Source of the DNA: Myxococcales bacterium
GTDB lineage: Bacteria > Myxococcota_A > Polyangia > Polyangiales > Polyangiaceae
DNA length: 64,000 nt
Direction of reading: 5' to 3'
NCBI GenBank assembly: GCA_023248745.1
Contig: JAHFDZ010000002.1
Location: 428 to 64,427 of the forward strand
Position numbers and translations under genes: made by a program. The notes under the pieces were generated by a model. The model was not told the DNA's origin. It did not search any database and was given only the letters and a program-made list of their open reading frames with translations. This document shows positions 18,840-27,626 of this stretch, piece after piece (the first letter of the stretch is position 1; every line of letters starts with the position of its first letter).

Positions 18840-18883
18840 CCGTTTGTGGGAAAGGCGATTGATCGCGCGCTTGCGGCGCCGAT
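18840..18883 (+). repeat. direct repeat, left copy
   Basis: ccgtttgtgggaaaggcgattgatcgcgcgcttgcggcgccgat. Starts 16 nt after the stop of 18528-18824. Confidence 0.9.
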
Positions 18884-18961
18884 TAGATTGATTAATTTGC
18901 GGCGTGTTTGGACCGAAGCACCGCTTCTTGATGAGGACGATGGGGCCACTTGTTCCGGCTT

Positions 18962-18971
18962 AGTATATACT
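18962..18971. promoter_or_regulatory. perfect 10-bp palindrome AGTATATACT just upstream of the antitoxin start (candidate operator / -10 region)
   Basis: Self-complementary AGTATATACT ends 8 nt before ATG 18979. No Shine-Dalgarno sequence lies between it and the ATG. Confidence 0.35.
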
Positions 18972-18978
18972 TTTCTAT

Positions 18979-19269
18979 ATGAAGCAAATTCTCGTTGAGC
19001 TCGATGATCAATGCGCGCGCGATCTTGAGCGCGTGGCCCCAGCGAAGACGCGCAAGCGAGCGGAGTTTGTTCGTCTTGCTATCCGTCGCGCTGTAGACCT
19101 CATGCTTGATCGTGAAACAGCCGTCGCCTATCGCGAGCAGCCATTCCATCCGGGGCTCTTGGCCGGTGACCTCGAAGGGTGGGACAGCGAAAATGCGCTC
19201 GCCAAACCCGCACTGAGGGCGTCGAGCAAGAAAGCGACCTCGCGTGCATCAAGGAAGCGCGCTGCCTAA
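18979..19269 (+). CDS. ribbon-helix-helix (CopG-like) antitoxin
   Basis: MKQILVELDDQCARDLERVA...EFVRLAIRRAV is an RHH N-terminus. Stop overlaps the toxin start (TAATG). Confidence 0.65.
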   Translation: MKQILVELDDQCARDLERVAPAKTRKRAEFVRLAIRRAVDLMLDRETAVAYREQPFHPGLLAGDLEGWDSENALAKPALRASSKKATSRASRKRAA

Positions 19270-19607
19270 TGAAGGCGCCGCATCAGTTTGCGATTTGGTG
19301 GGTCTCGTTGCCTGCCCCAGCGGGGAGAAGGCCCGTGCTCCTGTTGAGTCGCACGAGTGCGTTTGACTATTTAGATCGCGTGCTCGTCGCTGAGGTGACA
19401 ACCACCGTTCGCGGCATTCCTCAAGAGGTTGCGCTCGGAAAAGGCGAAGGACTAACTCGAAAATGCGTCGCCAATCTCGACAACGTGCGCTCGATTCCTC
19501 GAGAGTCGCTTCAAATGCCGATTGGTAAACTCGCTGTACTTCGTCACGCCCAAGTGAAGCGCGCGCTCGGTCACGTGCTGCACTGGCCGGAACTTACTTC
19601 GCTCTGA
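19269..19607 (+). CDS. PemK/MazF-family type II toxin
   Basis: FAIWWVSLPAPAGRRPVLLLS, VLVAEVTTTVRGIPQEVAL and VANLDNVRSIPRESL follow the MazF/PemK layout. Internal ATG 19269 of the track ORF is used. Confidence 0.75.
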   Translation: MKAPHQFAIWWVSLPAPAGRRPVLLLSRTSAFDYLDRVLVAEVTTTVRGIPQEVALGKGEGLTRKCVANLDNVRSIPRESLQMPIGKLAVLRHAQVKRALGHVLHWPELTSL

Positions 19608-19874
19608 CGGATGGCGTGATTTTGATGCTTGCAAACGAACCGCGTGAGCATGGTGAGCGGCATGAGTAGCCACCCTACGGGGCACCGTCGCTTCGCGGCC
19701 AAACCGTTCGGCATTCGCGTATCGCGCCCCAGTACACTCGTTGTGACGAGCCACAGCGATACCGGCTCGGCATAACGCGAGTCACGCGCACCGGTTCGCG
19801 ACGATCTTGTCATCACGTGGACGCGGTTCACCGGTTCTAGTGCACTTCGCCTCCTCGTCGCGTGCATCTTCGAC

Positions 19875-20300
19875 TTGTTGGCGTTCGCGTTCTTGTCCAG
19901 CGCGTCTTGGTACCGAGACGGCATTTTCGCTCTGGTCCCCGTGGCCCTATGTGTGGCCAGCGTTGTCGTCAGTTATCAGGCGATCCGTGAGCTCCCGAAG
20001 TTGATTACCCGCACGACGCTGACGGTTCGCGACAGAGTGATCACCGTTCGGGTCTGGCCATCGTCGCAGGGTGCGCCAGAGCCGCTGACGGTGAGTAAGA
20101 TCACGGGGCTCTTTGCAAAGCGCGACGTGAGCCACGATTACAAAGACAACGTCGTGGACGAGGGATTTTCCATGTACGCCGTGGTCGGGGGAGGCACCTG
20201 CGTTACGTTGTTGCGTGACGAGGACTCGCCGAAAGGGATCTTGTTCATCCGTGACGTACTGGCGGATCACCTCGCTCTTTCGTCGCCGCATCCCGTGTAA
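19875..20300 (+). CDS. small membrane protein with beta-rich (bacterial-PH-like?) soluble domain
   Basis: 141 aa from TTG 19875. Hydrophobic helices, then TLTVRDRVITVRVW...VSKITGLFAK. The open frame continues upstream to 19776, and its hydrophobic stretch from about 19840 runs into the TTG, but there is no ATG/GTG/TTG there. Confidence 0.4.
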   Translation: MLAFAFLSSASWYRDGIFALVPVALCVASVVVSYQAIRELPKLITRTTLTVRDRVITVRVWPSSQGAPEPLTVSKITGLFAKRDVSHDYKDNVVDEGFSMYAVVGGGTCVTLLRDEDSPKGILFIRDVLADHLALSSPHPV

Positions 20301-20309
20301 TGCTGCAAG

Positions 20310-20353
20310 CCGTTTGTTGGAAAGGCGATGGATCGCGCGATTGCGTCGCCGAT
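20310..20353 (+). repeat. direct repeat, right copy
   Basis: ccgtttgttggaaaggcgatggatcgcgcgattgcgtcgccgat. 40/44 identical to the left copy. Starts 10 nt after the stop of 19875-20300. Confidence 0.9.
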
Positions 20354-20411
20354 GTAGTGAGCTTGATTGATTATCAACATTGTTGACAATGTAGCAGCAG
20401 GATGCGCCTGG

Positions 20412-20939
20412 CTACCTCCAAACCTCATCGAAACATGGCTCTGCGCGCGTGCGTGATAGTTCGTCGAGCAGCGCGCGGGCACGCATGGCTAGTACCTTTG
20501 CGACCGCGAGTTGATGCGCAATCTTGGCTTGGTCTGTCTCGGGCACGATAGTCTCGAGGCGCTCACGAAGGGTTCGCTCGTTTGCTTCCAACTGGCTGCA
20601 CGCATCGTTGAACCTGAGGGCAGAAAGAACGTCGCGGTTCTTCTTTGCGGCGTCGCGGGCCTTGCTCACATCTTTTCGCAAGATTGACACTTCGGAGGCA
20701 CGTGCCTCGATCCACGCGCGAGCCTCGCGTGCCGATGGGTTCGCGGGTGGTTCAGCGACGGGAGGCGGCTTCGCGATGTCATCAACGCCCGCAGGTCTGG
20801 CCGGACACGGGCGTGCAATCACGCGCGTGGTCATTGGTGTGTGTGGCTCGGCGGCTCGGCAAGAATAGAGCGTGACGCTCGTAACGACCAAGCCCGCCCG
20901 TGCAACGGTACGGAACGGGTAAGAAGCGACAGTGAGCAT
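20412..20939 (-). CDS. hypothetical lipoprotein with coiled-coil-like C-terminus
   Basis: Start uncertain (ATG 20939 or 21020). Lipobox-like VTSVTLYSC, Pro-rich linker, helical Arg/Glu/Ala-rich C-terminus. No family recognised. Confidence 0.4.
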   Translation of the reverse strand: MLTVASYPFRTVARAGLVVTSVTLYSCRAAEPHTPMTTRVIARPCPARPAGVDDIAKPPPVAEPPANPSAREARAWIEARASEVSILRKDVSKARDAAKKNRDVLSALRFNDACSQLEANERTLRERLETIVPETDQAKIAHQLAVAKVLAMRARALLDELSRTRAEPCFDEVWR

Positions 20940-21004
20940 AGTGGTAGCAACGTACCTGGTTGTGCGACGGTTCGAAACGCGTCGACTTGTGTATGCTGCG
21001 TCGC

Positions 21005-21817
21005 ATGAGCGCCTCTTCAATCTTCGCCCCGAATCTCCTCGCCAATCAGGTCGCCATCGTCACCGGCGGAGGTAGCGGCATCGGCGCTGGCATCGCTGAA
21101 CTTCTCGCGGCGCATGGCGCAAAGGTTGGCCTCGTCGGTCGCACGCTCGAGAAGCTCGAAGCGACCGCCATGAAGATTCGTGAGCGCGGCGGCGTTGCGA
21201 CTTGCCGTGCGGTTGACGTTCGAAAATACGACGACCTTAGTCAAGCAACTGAATCAGTTACCCATGAGTTCGGTGGACTGCACATCTTAGTCAACAGTGC
21301 AGCTGGTAACTTTCTCGCGCCGGCGGCTGGTCTCAGTGCAAACGGTTTTCGCACCGTCATTGACATCGACCTCTGCGGCACGTTCAACGCGTCGCGCGCT
21401 GCGTTTGCACACTTGTCGAAGCAAGGCGGCAACATCGTGAACATCACGGCCACGCAAGCGACGGTGGCCACGCCACTTCAGTGCCACGCGGGCGCTGCGA
21501 AAGCTGGCATCGAAAAGCTCACGCGCGATCTTGCGCTCGAGTGGGCGGGTTCGAAGATTCGCGTGAACGCGGTTGCGCCGGGACCGATCGAAGGTACCGA
21601 AGGGATGACGCGCCTTGCTCCGGGTGGCGCCGGTGATCATTTGAAGAAGCGCGTGCCGCTCAACCGCTACGGCAACATCGACGAGATTGCGAGCTCGGTA
21701 CTGTTCCTTGTGTCGCCTGCGGGATCGTACATTACGGGCTCAACGCTGCTCATCGATGGCGGCACGTCGCTCATTGGCCCCGGGCCATTTCTCGACATGA
21801 TGCTCGGAGAAATCTAA
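21005..21817 (+). CDS. SDR-family oxidoreductase (2,4-dienoyl-CoA-reductase-like)
   Basis: VAIVTGGGSGIGAGIA Rossmann motif and SDR length/layout. ATG 21005. Confidence 0.85.
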   Translation: MSASSIFAPNLLANQVAIVTGGGSGIGAGIAELLAAHGAKVGLVGRTLEKLEATAMKIRERGGVATCRAVDVRKYDDLSQATESVTHEFGGLHILVNSAAGNFLAPAAGLSANGFRTVIDIDLCGTFNASRAAFAHLSKQGGNIVNITATQATVATPLQCHAGAAKAGIEKLTRDLALEWAGSKIRVNAVAPGPIEGTEGMTRLAPGGAGDHLKKRVPLNRYGNIDEIASSVLFLVSPAGSYITGSTLLIDGGTSLIGPGPFLDMMLGEI

Positions 21818-21928
21818 GAGCGAGATCAAATTTCCCTTGCGTCCAGTTTCTTGACCATTATGACGCGCGGTCTTCTTCGCTTATTGTTGTTGGGTGCTCG
21901 CGATGCAGCGGGCAGAGAGGAGGCGGCC

Positions 21929-23470
21929 ATGCGCTACACATGGGCTTTATCTCTTTGGGCGCTCGTTCTCGAGTGTCTCCTTGTATCACCTGACGCATCG
22001 GCGCGATCGCTCGCGCAGATCAAAAAGCAGGGCACGCTCACATGGGGCGGAGATTTGCAGGGCGGTGAGCCTTACGTCTTCGAAAATCCCAAAAACCGCA
22101 AACAGCTCATCGGCTTCGAAGTCGAGATTGCCGATGAGCTCGGCAAACGTCTCGGCGTGGTTGCGAAGTTCTCGCAACACGATTGGTCGACCCTTGTGCC
22201 TTCGCTCGAGCGCGGCGACTTCGACGTCATTCTCAACGGTCTTGAAGACACCAGCGATCGTCGCTCTCGCATTGCGCTCAGTGCGCCGTACTTTGTCTAC
22301 GGCCTCACCATCACCATTCGTAACGGCGATAGTTACCGTTCGCTCGAGGCACTCAAAGGCCACAAAGTCGGCACCATGAACCAAACGGTCGCGCACTCAC
22401 TGCTCAAGGTGATGCCGCTCGAAGCGGTGCTCTACGAGGGTCAACAAGAGCCCTACGCCGATCTCTCAAGCGGTCGCACAGATGCCGTCTTGCTCGATCA
22501 CATCATCGCGCAACGCTACGGATGCAACGTCAAGGGACTTACCTGTCTGTCCGACGACGTCACCCGTGGCTACTACGTGATGGGCGTCCGCAAGTCCGAC
22601 GACACGCTCCTCGTCGCACTCAACGAAGCCCTGAAGTCGATGCAATCCGACGGCTCACTCCGCGCAATCCTCGAACGCTGGAGACTCTGGGACCCTCGCC
22701 AATCGCCCCTCTCCGCTGCGGCGGACGCTTCCGCTGACGCTTCCACCGACGCTTCCGCCGACGCTTCCGCCGACGCTCCCGCTCTGGCCGCTCCTCCCGA
22801 AGTCCCCCGCTTCGACGCCGAGCAAATCAAAATGTTCCTCAAGGGCGCCGGCATCACCCTCGCGCTCTCTGTTCTCGCCTTCGCGATCGCCTCCCCTTTC
22901 GGAATGGCCCTCGCGCTCACGCGACTCTACGGCGGCAAGATCGAAAAGTTTCTTGCCGGTTCCTACATCGAGATCTTTCGCGGCACGCCGGTACTCTTGC
23001 AACTGTACGTGCTCTACTATGGCCTCGCGCCGATCATCAAACTCGACGCGTTCGTCGCTGCGGTCTTGGGCCTCGGCCTCAACTACGCAGCATATGAAGC
23101 CGAGGTTCACCGCGGCGCGCTTCTCTCGATTCCGAGCGGCCAAAGCGAAGCCGCCGCTGCGCTCGGATTGTCAAGATGGCAGACGATTCGTCACGTGCTC
23201 ATGCCTCAGGCGCTTCGCACTGCGCTCCCGGCGGTGACGAACGACTTCGTTGCCCTGCTCAAAGACTCGTCGCTCGTGAGCGTGATCACGGTCGTTGAAC
23301 TCACCAAACGCATGACCATTGCGGCGGTCGAAGTTCGCAGCTGGCTCATTCCCGGACTCGCCTGCGCGGTCCTCTACTTCTGTCTCAGTTACCCACTCGC
23401 CGCGTTCGCACGCTACTTGGAAAGGAGGCTCGAACATGATCCAGCTCGATCAAGTGGTAAAGGCCTTTGA
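21929..23470 (+). CDS. fused amino-acid ABC transporter substrate-binding protein / permease
   Basis: N-terminal SBP domain (SLAQIKKQGTLTWGGDLQGGEPYVF), a (DASA)n linker, then a permease with EAA loop EAAAALGLSRWQTIRHVLMPQAL. ATG 21929 is preceded by GAGGAGG. Confidence 0.8.
   Translation: MRYTWALSLWALVLECLLVSPDASARSLAQIKKQGTLTWGGDLQGGEPYVFENPKNRKQLIGFEVEIADELGKRLGVVAKFSQHDWSTLVPSLERGDFDVILNGLEDTSDRRSRIALSAPYFVYGLTITIRNGDSYRSLEALKGHKVGTMNQTVAHSLLKVMPLEAVLYEGQQEPYADLSSGRTDAVLLDHIIAQRYGCNVKGLTCLSDDVTRGYYVMGVRKSDDTLLVALNEALKSMQSDGSLRAILERWRLWDPRQSPLSAAADASADASTDASADASADAPALAAPPEVPRFDAEQIKMFLKGAGITLALSVLAFAIASPFGMALALTRLYGGKIEKFLAGSYIEIFRGTPVLLQLYVLYYGLAPIIKLDAFVAAVLGLGLNYAAYEAEVHRGALLSIPSGQSEAAAALGLSRWQTIRHVLMPQALRTALPAVTNDFVALLKDSSLVSVITVVELTKRMTIAAVEVRSWLIPGLACAVLYFCLSYPLAAFARYLERRLEHDPARSSGKGL
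22724..22783 (+). repeat. five tandem 12-bp coding repeats (gacgcttccgcc-like) encoding (DAS[AT])n linker
   Basis: Units are gacgcttccgct, gacgcttccacc, gacgcttccgcc, gacgcttccgcc and gacgctcccgct. They lie inside the SBP-permease fusion gene. Confidence 0.9.
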
Positions 23471-24170
23471 CGGTCGCAACGTTCTCGACGGCATCTCGGC
23501 GTCGCTCGATGAAGGCAAAATCGCGTGCCTCATCGGGCCGTCAGGTTGCGGCAAGACGACATTGCTTCGATGCATGAACGGCCTCGAGCAACTTGCGAGC
23601 GGCTCAATTCGCATCTCAGGGTGCGATATTTTGCCGAACAGCAATCGCGCGACGTTTTCACGCGTGCGGCAGCGTGTTGGCTTTGTGTTTCAAGAGTTCC
23701 ATTTGTTTCCGCACATGACAGTGCTCGAGAACATCGTGCTTGCACCGGTTCAAGTGCGTAGGCAAACGCGTGCCGCGTCTGAAAAGCGCGCGCAAGAGCT
23801 TCTCGAAATGGTGGGTCTTGGAGGTCGTGGTGACGCGCGACCATCGCAACTCTCGGGTGGTCAGAAACAACGTGTGGCTATCGCACGTGCGCTTGCGCTC
23901 GATGTGAAAGTCCTGCTTCTTGACGAACCCACGAGCGCGCTCGATCCCTCGATGCGGCAAGAAGTGCGCAACGTTCTTCGCGATGTTGCGAAAGAGGGAC
24001 TCACGATGTTGTGTGTCACGCACGACATGCCGCTTGTCACCACGCTCGCGGATGAAATCTGGGTCTTTGACGCTGGGAATATTGTGGAACGTGGGGATGC
24101 AAAAACGATTCTCAACGCGCCGAAGTCGGCGGTGGCGCGTCAGTACTTGCAGCCCAGCCTGGCGGATTAG
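23436..24170 (+). CDS. amino-acid ABC transporter ATP-binding protein
   Basis: Walker A GPSGCGKTT, signature LSGGQKQRVAIARAL, Walker B LLLDEPTSALD. ATG 23436 is preceded by AAGGAGG. Confidence 0.9.
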   Translation: MIQLDQVVKAFDGRNVLDGISASLDEGKIACLIGPSGCGKTTLLRCMNGLEQLASGSIRISGCDILPNSNRATFSRVRQRVGFVFQEFHLFPHMTVLENIVLAPVQVRRQTRAASEKRAQELLEMVGLGGRGDARPSQLSGGQKQRVAIARALALDVKVLLLDEPTSALDPSMRQEVRNVLRDVAKEGLTMLCVTHDMPLVTTLADEIWVFDAGNIVERGDAKTILNAPKSAVARQYLQPSLAD

Positions 24171-25119
24171 CTCGGACGCCGCCCGGACGGAGTGCCGACA
24201 AGCCAAAGCCCACGAGAAGGAGCCACGTTGTTTCCGCCATCGCAAGATGGGTGAGCTGCAGCCACGTGGGCGCAAGAGAAACTAAATTGACGATGCCGAG
24301 CACAAGCTGCGCGATCGTCGCGCCCTGCGCCAAGATCGCCCATCGCTTTGTCTCGTGATGATTGGCGAAGCGCGCGATGAGCCTGACACTTGTGACAATG
24401 ACGGCGCTACCGACCACTGCGACGAGCGGATGAAGCGGACGTAGCTTGAGGATCAACGATGCAGTTTTCGACATCTCTTGCGCCATGCCCGCGCTGAGCG
24501 ACGCGGCTGGGTACAGTGTGTCGCCAAGCGCCGCGATCGCGCCCGTCGTGCCGATTGCGACAAACGAAACGACGATGGTGACCAGTCCGACTGAGATCTT
24601 ACGATTGCCCGCCGGTGCAGGTTGATCAAAGAGCGACCACGTTGTGGCGGCGATTGCGGCGAGTAAGAGCAACGTGTTGGTGAGGTGAAGCGACATCGAA
24701 AGTACGCGCTTCATCGACGCATCGTGGGCGACGAGTTCGAAGATGACGAGCGCTGCTCCGATGAGCGATTCGGAGATGAGGAGGATAACGCTCGCAGTGA
24801 CCGCCTTGCGCGCAAACGACCCTCGGCCGCTCACGCGAAACACGCCCAGTACCAGCAGAACGATCGCAATGCCCAAGATTCCCGTTTGCGCGCGATGGGT
24901 AAACTCGATGATCGTCTTGATGCTTGGTTGAAGCGGAATCACCTCGCCGTTGCACTTTGGCCAGTGGCTACCGCAGCCCGCGCCAGAGCCCGATGCCCGC
25001 ACGTAAGCACCCCACACGATGACGATGAGCGTGAGCGCGAGCGAGGCGACGCTCAGCTTTGCGAGACGCGGATGTGAAGGTGACGCGATCATGAGATGCG
25101 GAGCCGCGTTGTAGGTCAT
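24112..25119 (-). CDS. ctaA: heme A synthase (COX15/CtaA family)
   Basis: Multi-TM protein with GAYVRASGSGAGCGSHWPKCNG in the first loop. The 3' end overlaps the convergent ABC ATPase gene by 59 nt. Confidence 0.75.
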   Translation of the reverse strand: MTYNAAPHLMIASPSHPRLAKLSVASLALTLIVIVWGAYVRASGSGAGCGSHWPKCNGEVIPLQPSIKTIIEFTHRAQTGILGIAIVLLVLGVFRVSGRGSFARKAVTASVILLISESLIGAALVIFELVAHDASMKRVLSMSLHLTNTLLLLAAIAATTWSLFDQPAPAGNRKISVGLVTIVVSFVAIGTTGAIAALGDTLYPAASLSAGMAQEMSKTASLILKLRPLHPLVAVVGSAVIVTSVRLIARFANHHETKRWAILAQGATIAQLVLGIVNLVSLAPTWLQLTHLAMAETTWLLLVGFGLSALRPGGVRANPPGWAASTDAPPPTSAR

Positions 25120-25241
25120 TTGACGGCGTCGGCCATATTAATACGCATTTGGTTACATTGTTTCAGGGGCGGAGCATGCGTAAGAATTCCGACGGTGAAG
25201 ATCCTTGCCGAAAGCTGACTCGCGCTCTTTACTGCGAACCC

Positions 25242-26306
25242 ATGAGCGTAACTTTTCCGCGGGTTCTCAACTTGCTCCTTGCTGTCGGTGTCGCGTCCTC
25301 GTGCGGTGACGCGCTGGTCGCTTCGGATGGTGGTGGCGATGCAGCTCCGACGACCGATGGCGGCGCGAGTGATGCAAATGTGCCCGACGGGTCGGCGCCC
25401 GATGCGCCGACGGGAGATGCTGGCAGTTTTGGGGACCACGCGTTTTGGTTCGCGTTTCACGCGTGCAATTCAAAGACAACCAATTGCGGCGATCCACAGA
25501 ACCATCGCGTCTACCTCTCGACGACCAACGACTTTTCGACGTTTAGTGTTCTGCCCAATTGGGGCTTGCAAGGGTCGGTGCCAGACGTCGTGCGTCGCGG
25601 CAACACGGTTTATGTGTATGTGCCAGGGCGCGTGATTCGGCTTCGCGCTGGCGCTGCGGCTCCCGAAGCAGCCGCAAGTGTCAAGGTTGTTGACTTATCG
25701 CTGGGCTGGGTCGACCCGAGCCTTACGGTCGATAGCAATGGGCGCCTGGTGATGTTCCTCATGCGGGGTGGGGGACCGGGATCAGGCGATCCCGCGACTT
25801 GCCCGCAAGGAGAGACGTCGTGCACCAAGCAGTTTGATTCCGCGACCGAAGTCGACGGTTCCGACGGGACCGAATTCAAGCTCGACACGGGTGATCGCGT
25901 CAGCATGACGATCACTCCGGGTGGGGGCGGTAGTTTCCCCGGTGCGTCGGACCCAGACGTCTTTTTCGACGGGAAGTACAACATGTACATCTCGCACGGG
26001 TCGAACCTGTCGCTCTGGCAGTCGACCGACTTGCGCGGAACCTACACGCAACTCAAAGCCACCCCGTCAGATTACATTTCGCAATCGGGTGGTATTGGCG
26101 CGGGGCATTTCGATACCAAGACAAACAAATATTGGACGTTCGTGCATGTCAACGAAGGCAAGACGGCGGTGATCAAGCGTGCAATTCATGATGGACTGAC
26201 CACGACGATCCCAACGTCAAGTTGGTCAACTATATTGACAGGCACGACCGCAGGACTCGGTGCGGACTTTAATGTGGAGAGTCCATCGCTCGCAGAGAAC
26301 AAGTAG
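25242..26306 (+). CDS. hypothetical lipoprotein, beta-rich (possibly propeller-like)
   Basis: ATG 25242. MSVTFPRVLNLLLAVGVASSC lipobox, Asp/Ala/Gly-rich linker, then a beta-rich domain. No family recognised. Confidence 0.5.
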   Translation: MSVTFPRVLNLLLAVGVASSCGDALVASDGGGDAAPTTDGGASDANVPDGSAPDAPTGDAGSFGDHAFWFAFHACNSKTTNCGDPQNHRVYLSTTNDFSTFSVLPNWGLQGSVPDVVRRGNTVYVYVPGRVIRLRAGAAAPEAAASVKVVDLSLGWVDPSLTVDSNGRLVMFLMRGGGPGSGDPATCPQGETSCTKQFDSATEVDGSDGTEFKLDTGDRVSMTITPGGGGSFPGASDPDVFFDGKYNMYISHGSNLSLWQSTDLRGTYTQLKATPSDYISQSGGIGAGHFDTKTNKYWTFVHVNEGKTAVIKRAIHDGLTTTIPTSSWSTILTGTTAGLGADFNVESPSLAENK

Positions 26307-26325
26307 TTGCAGTCCGCCTGCACCC

Positions 26326-27564
26326 TCAATACAAAATCCGCGTTCGAATGTTCGTGTCTAGCTTTGCGACGTCGCGACGCACGACTTCAGACACGTCGGA
26401 CTCAAGGTCCATGATTAGGTAACCAATTGCGGCATCCGTTGCGAGCATCTGTGCGCGGATGTTCGCGCCTGCTTCACCCACGATGCGGTTGATGTCGCGC
26501 AGAACGCCTGGCACGTTGCGGTGCACGTTGAGAATGCGGTGCCAGCCCGGACCTTGCGTGAGCTCAATTTGCGGAAAGTTGACGGCACCTGTCGTGGCGC
26601 CGCCGTTGACAAATTTGATCAACGAAGTTGATACTTCACGTCCGATGGACTCTTGCGCTTCGCTCGTCGAACCACCGATGTGGGGCGTTAGAATGACGTT
26701 GGCGAGTCCCTGAAGTGGCGACCTGAAGCCTTCGCCGTTGCTCTCGGGCTCTTCGGGGAAGACGTCGACCGCAGCGCCTGCAAGGTGCTTCGACGTGAGC
26801 GCGTCGGCGAGCGCTTCGATGTCGACGACAGTGCCGCGACTCAAGTTGATGAGGTAGCTGCCCGCGCGCATGCGTGCGAGTTCTGCCTTGCCGATCAGGT
26901 TTTTGGTCTGCGGAGTTTCGGGGACGTGCAGCGTCACGAAGTCGCTTTCCTCGAGCACGGCGTCGAGCGATCGTCGCGCGCTGTTGTTGCCCATGGGCAT
27001 CTTCGTCGCGATGTCGAAGAAGCCTACGCGCATGCCCATCGCTTCGGCGAGCACGCCTACCTGCGGTCCGATATGACCGTAGCCCACGATGCCAAGCGTC
27101 TTGCCGCGTACTTCGTTGCAGCCGCTCGCGACTTTGCGCCATTTGCCTTCGTGCACCTCTCGCGATCGATCACCCAGTTGACGCGAGAGGGCGACAACCT
27201 CAGCGATGACGAGCTCGGCGACGCTGCGCGTGTTGGAAAAGGGAGCGTTGAACACCGGCACGCCATGGCGATTGGCCGACTCGAGATCGACTTGATTCGT
27301 GCCGATGCAGAAGCAGCCAAGGGTGAGCAAGCGCTTGCCTTCTGCCAGGGCTGCGTCGCTCACTTGCGTCTTGCTGCGTATGCCCAAAATGTGAACGTCC
27401 TGGATTTTCTTCTTGAGCTCGTCTTCTTTGAGCGCACTCGTCAAAGACTCGACTTGGAAACCTTCTTGACGAAAAGCCTCGGTCGCCGATGCGTGCACGT
27501 TTTCGAGCAAGAGCACCTTGATGTGCCCCTTTGGGAACGACGTTGACGGTGGGCCCTGTGTCAT
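26326..27564 (-). CDS. serA: D-3-phosphoglycerate dehydrogenase
   Basis: 412 aa. IKVLLLENVH N-terminus, NAD site GIVGYGHIGPQVG, C-terminal ACT-like region. Length and layout match E. coli-type SerA. Confidence 0.9.
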   Translation of the reverse strand: MTQGPPSTSFPKGHIKVLLLENVHASATEAFRQEGFQVESLTSALKEDELKKKIQDVHILGIRSKTQVSDAALAEGKRLLTLGCFCIGTNQVDLESANRHGVPVFNAPFSNTRSVAELVIAEVVALSRQLGDRSREVHEGKWRKVASGCNEVRGKTLGIVGYGHIGPQVGVLAEAMGMRVGFFDIATKMPMGNNSARRSLDAVLEESDFVTLHVPETPQTKNLIGKAELARMRAGSYLINLSRGTVVDIEALADALTSKHLAGAAVDVFPEEPESNGEGFRSPLQGLANVILTPHIGGSTSEAQESIGREVSTSLIKFVNGGATTGAVNFPQIELTQGPGWHRILNVHRNVPGVLRDINRIVGEAGANIRAQMLATDAAIGYLIMDLESDVSEVVRRDVAKLDTNIRTRILY

Positions 27565-27626
27565 GGCGCTAATCGGTCGCCGAATTGCACTCCCATGTCA
27601 AGGAAAGCAGGGGTAAAAGGCGGCGC

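Larger units (their letters stand above)
18840..20353 (+). mobile_element. putative inserted islet (RHH-MazF pair plus 2-TM protein gene) bounded by imperfect direct repeats
   Basis: 44-bp direct repeats (40/44 identical) at both ends, and an AT-richer internal promoter region. No integrase or transposase is present. Confidence 0.4.

Noticed and set aside
18840-20375. Searched the islet and its flanks for integrase, transposase, terminal inverted repeats or a tRNA attachment site.
   Set aside because: None were found. The element is therefore reported only as a repeat-bounded islet, not as a defined IS, MITE or integrative element.
20374-20386. 13-bp palindrome TCAACATTGTTGA just after the right direct repeat.
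   Set aside because: It is short and isolated and could be part of the minus-strand gene's 3' UTR. It is noted but gives no independent support for a function.
22724-22783. Tandem repeats considered as a CRISPR-like or regulatory array. The same question was asked of the hexamer tract at 16061-16090.
   Set aside because: Units are contiguous with no spacers and are in-frame coding (DASA linker). The hexamer tract is a simple microsatellite. No CRISPR repeat-spacer structure exists in the window.
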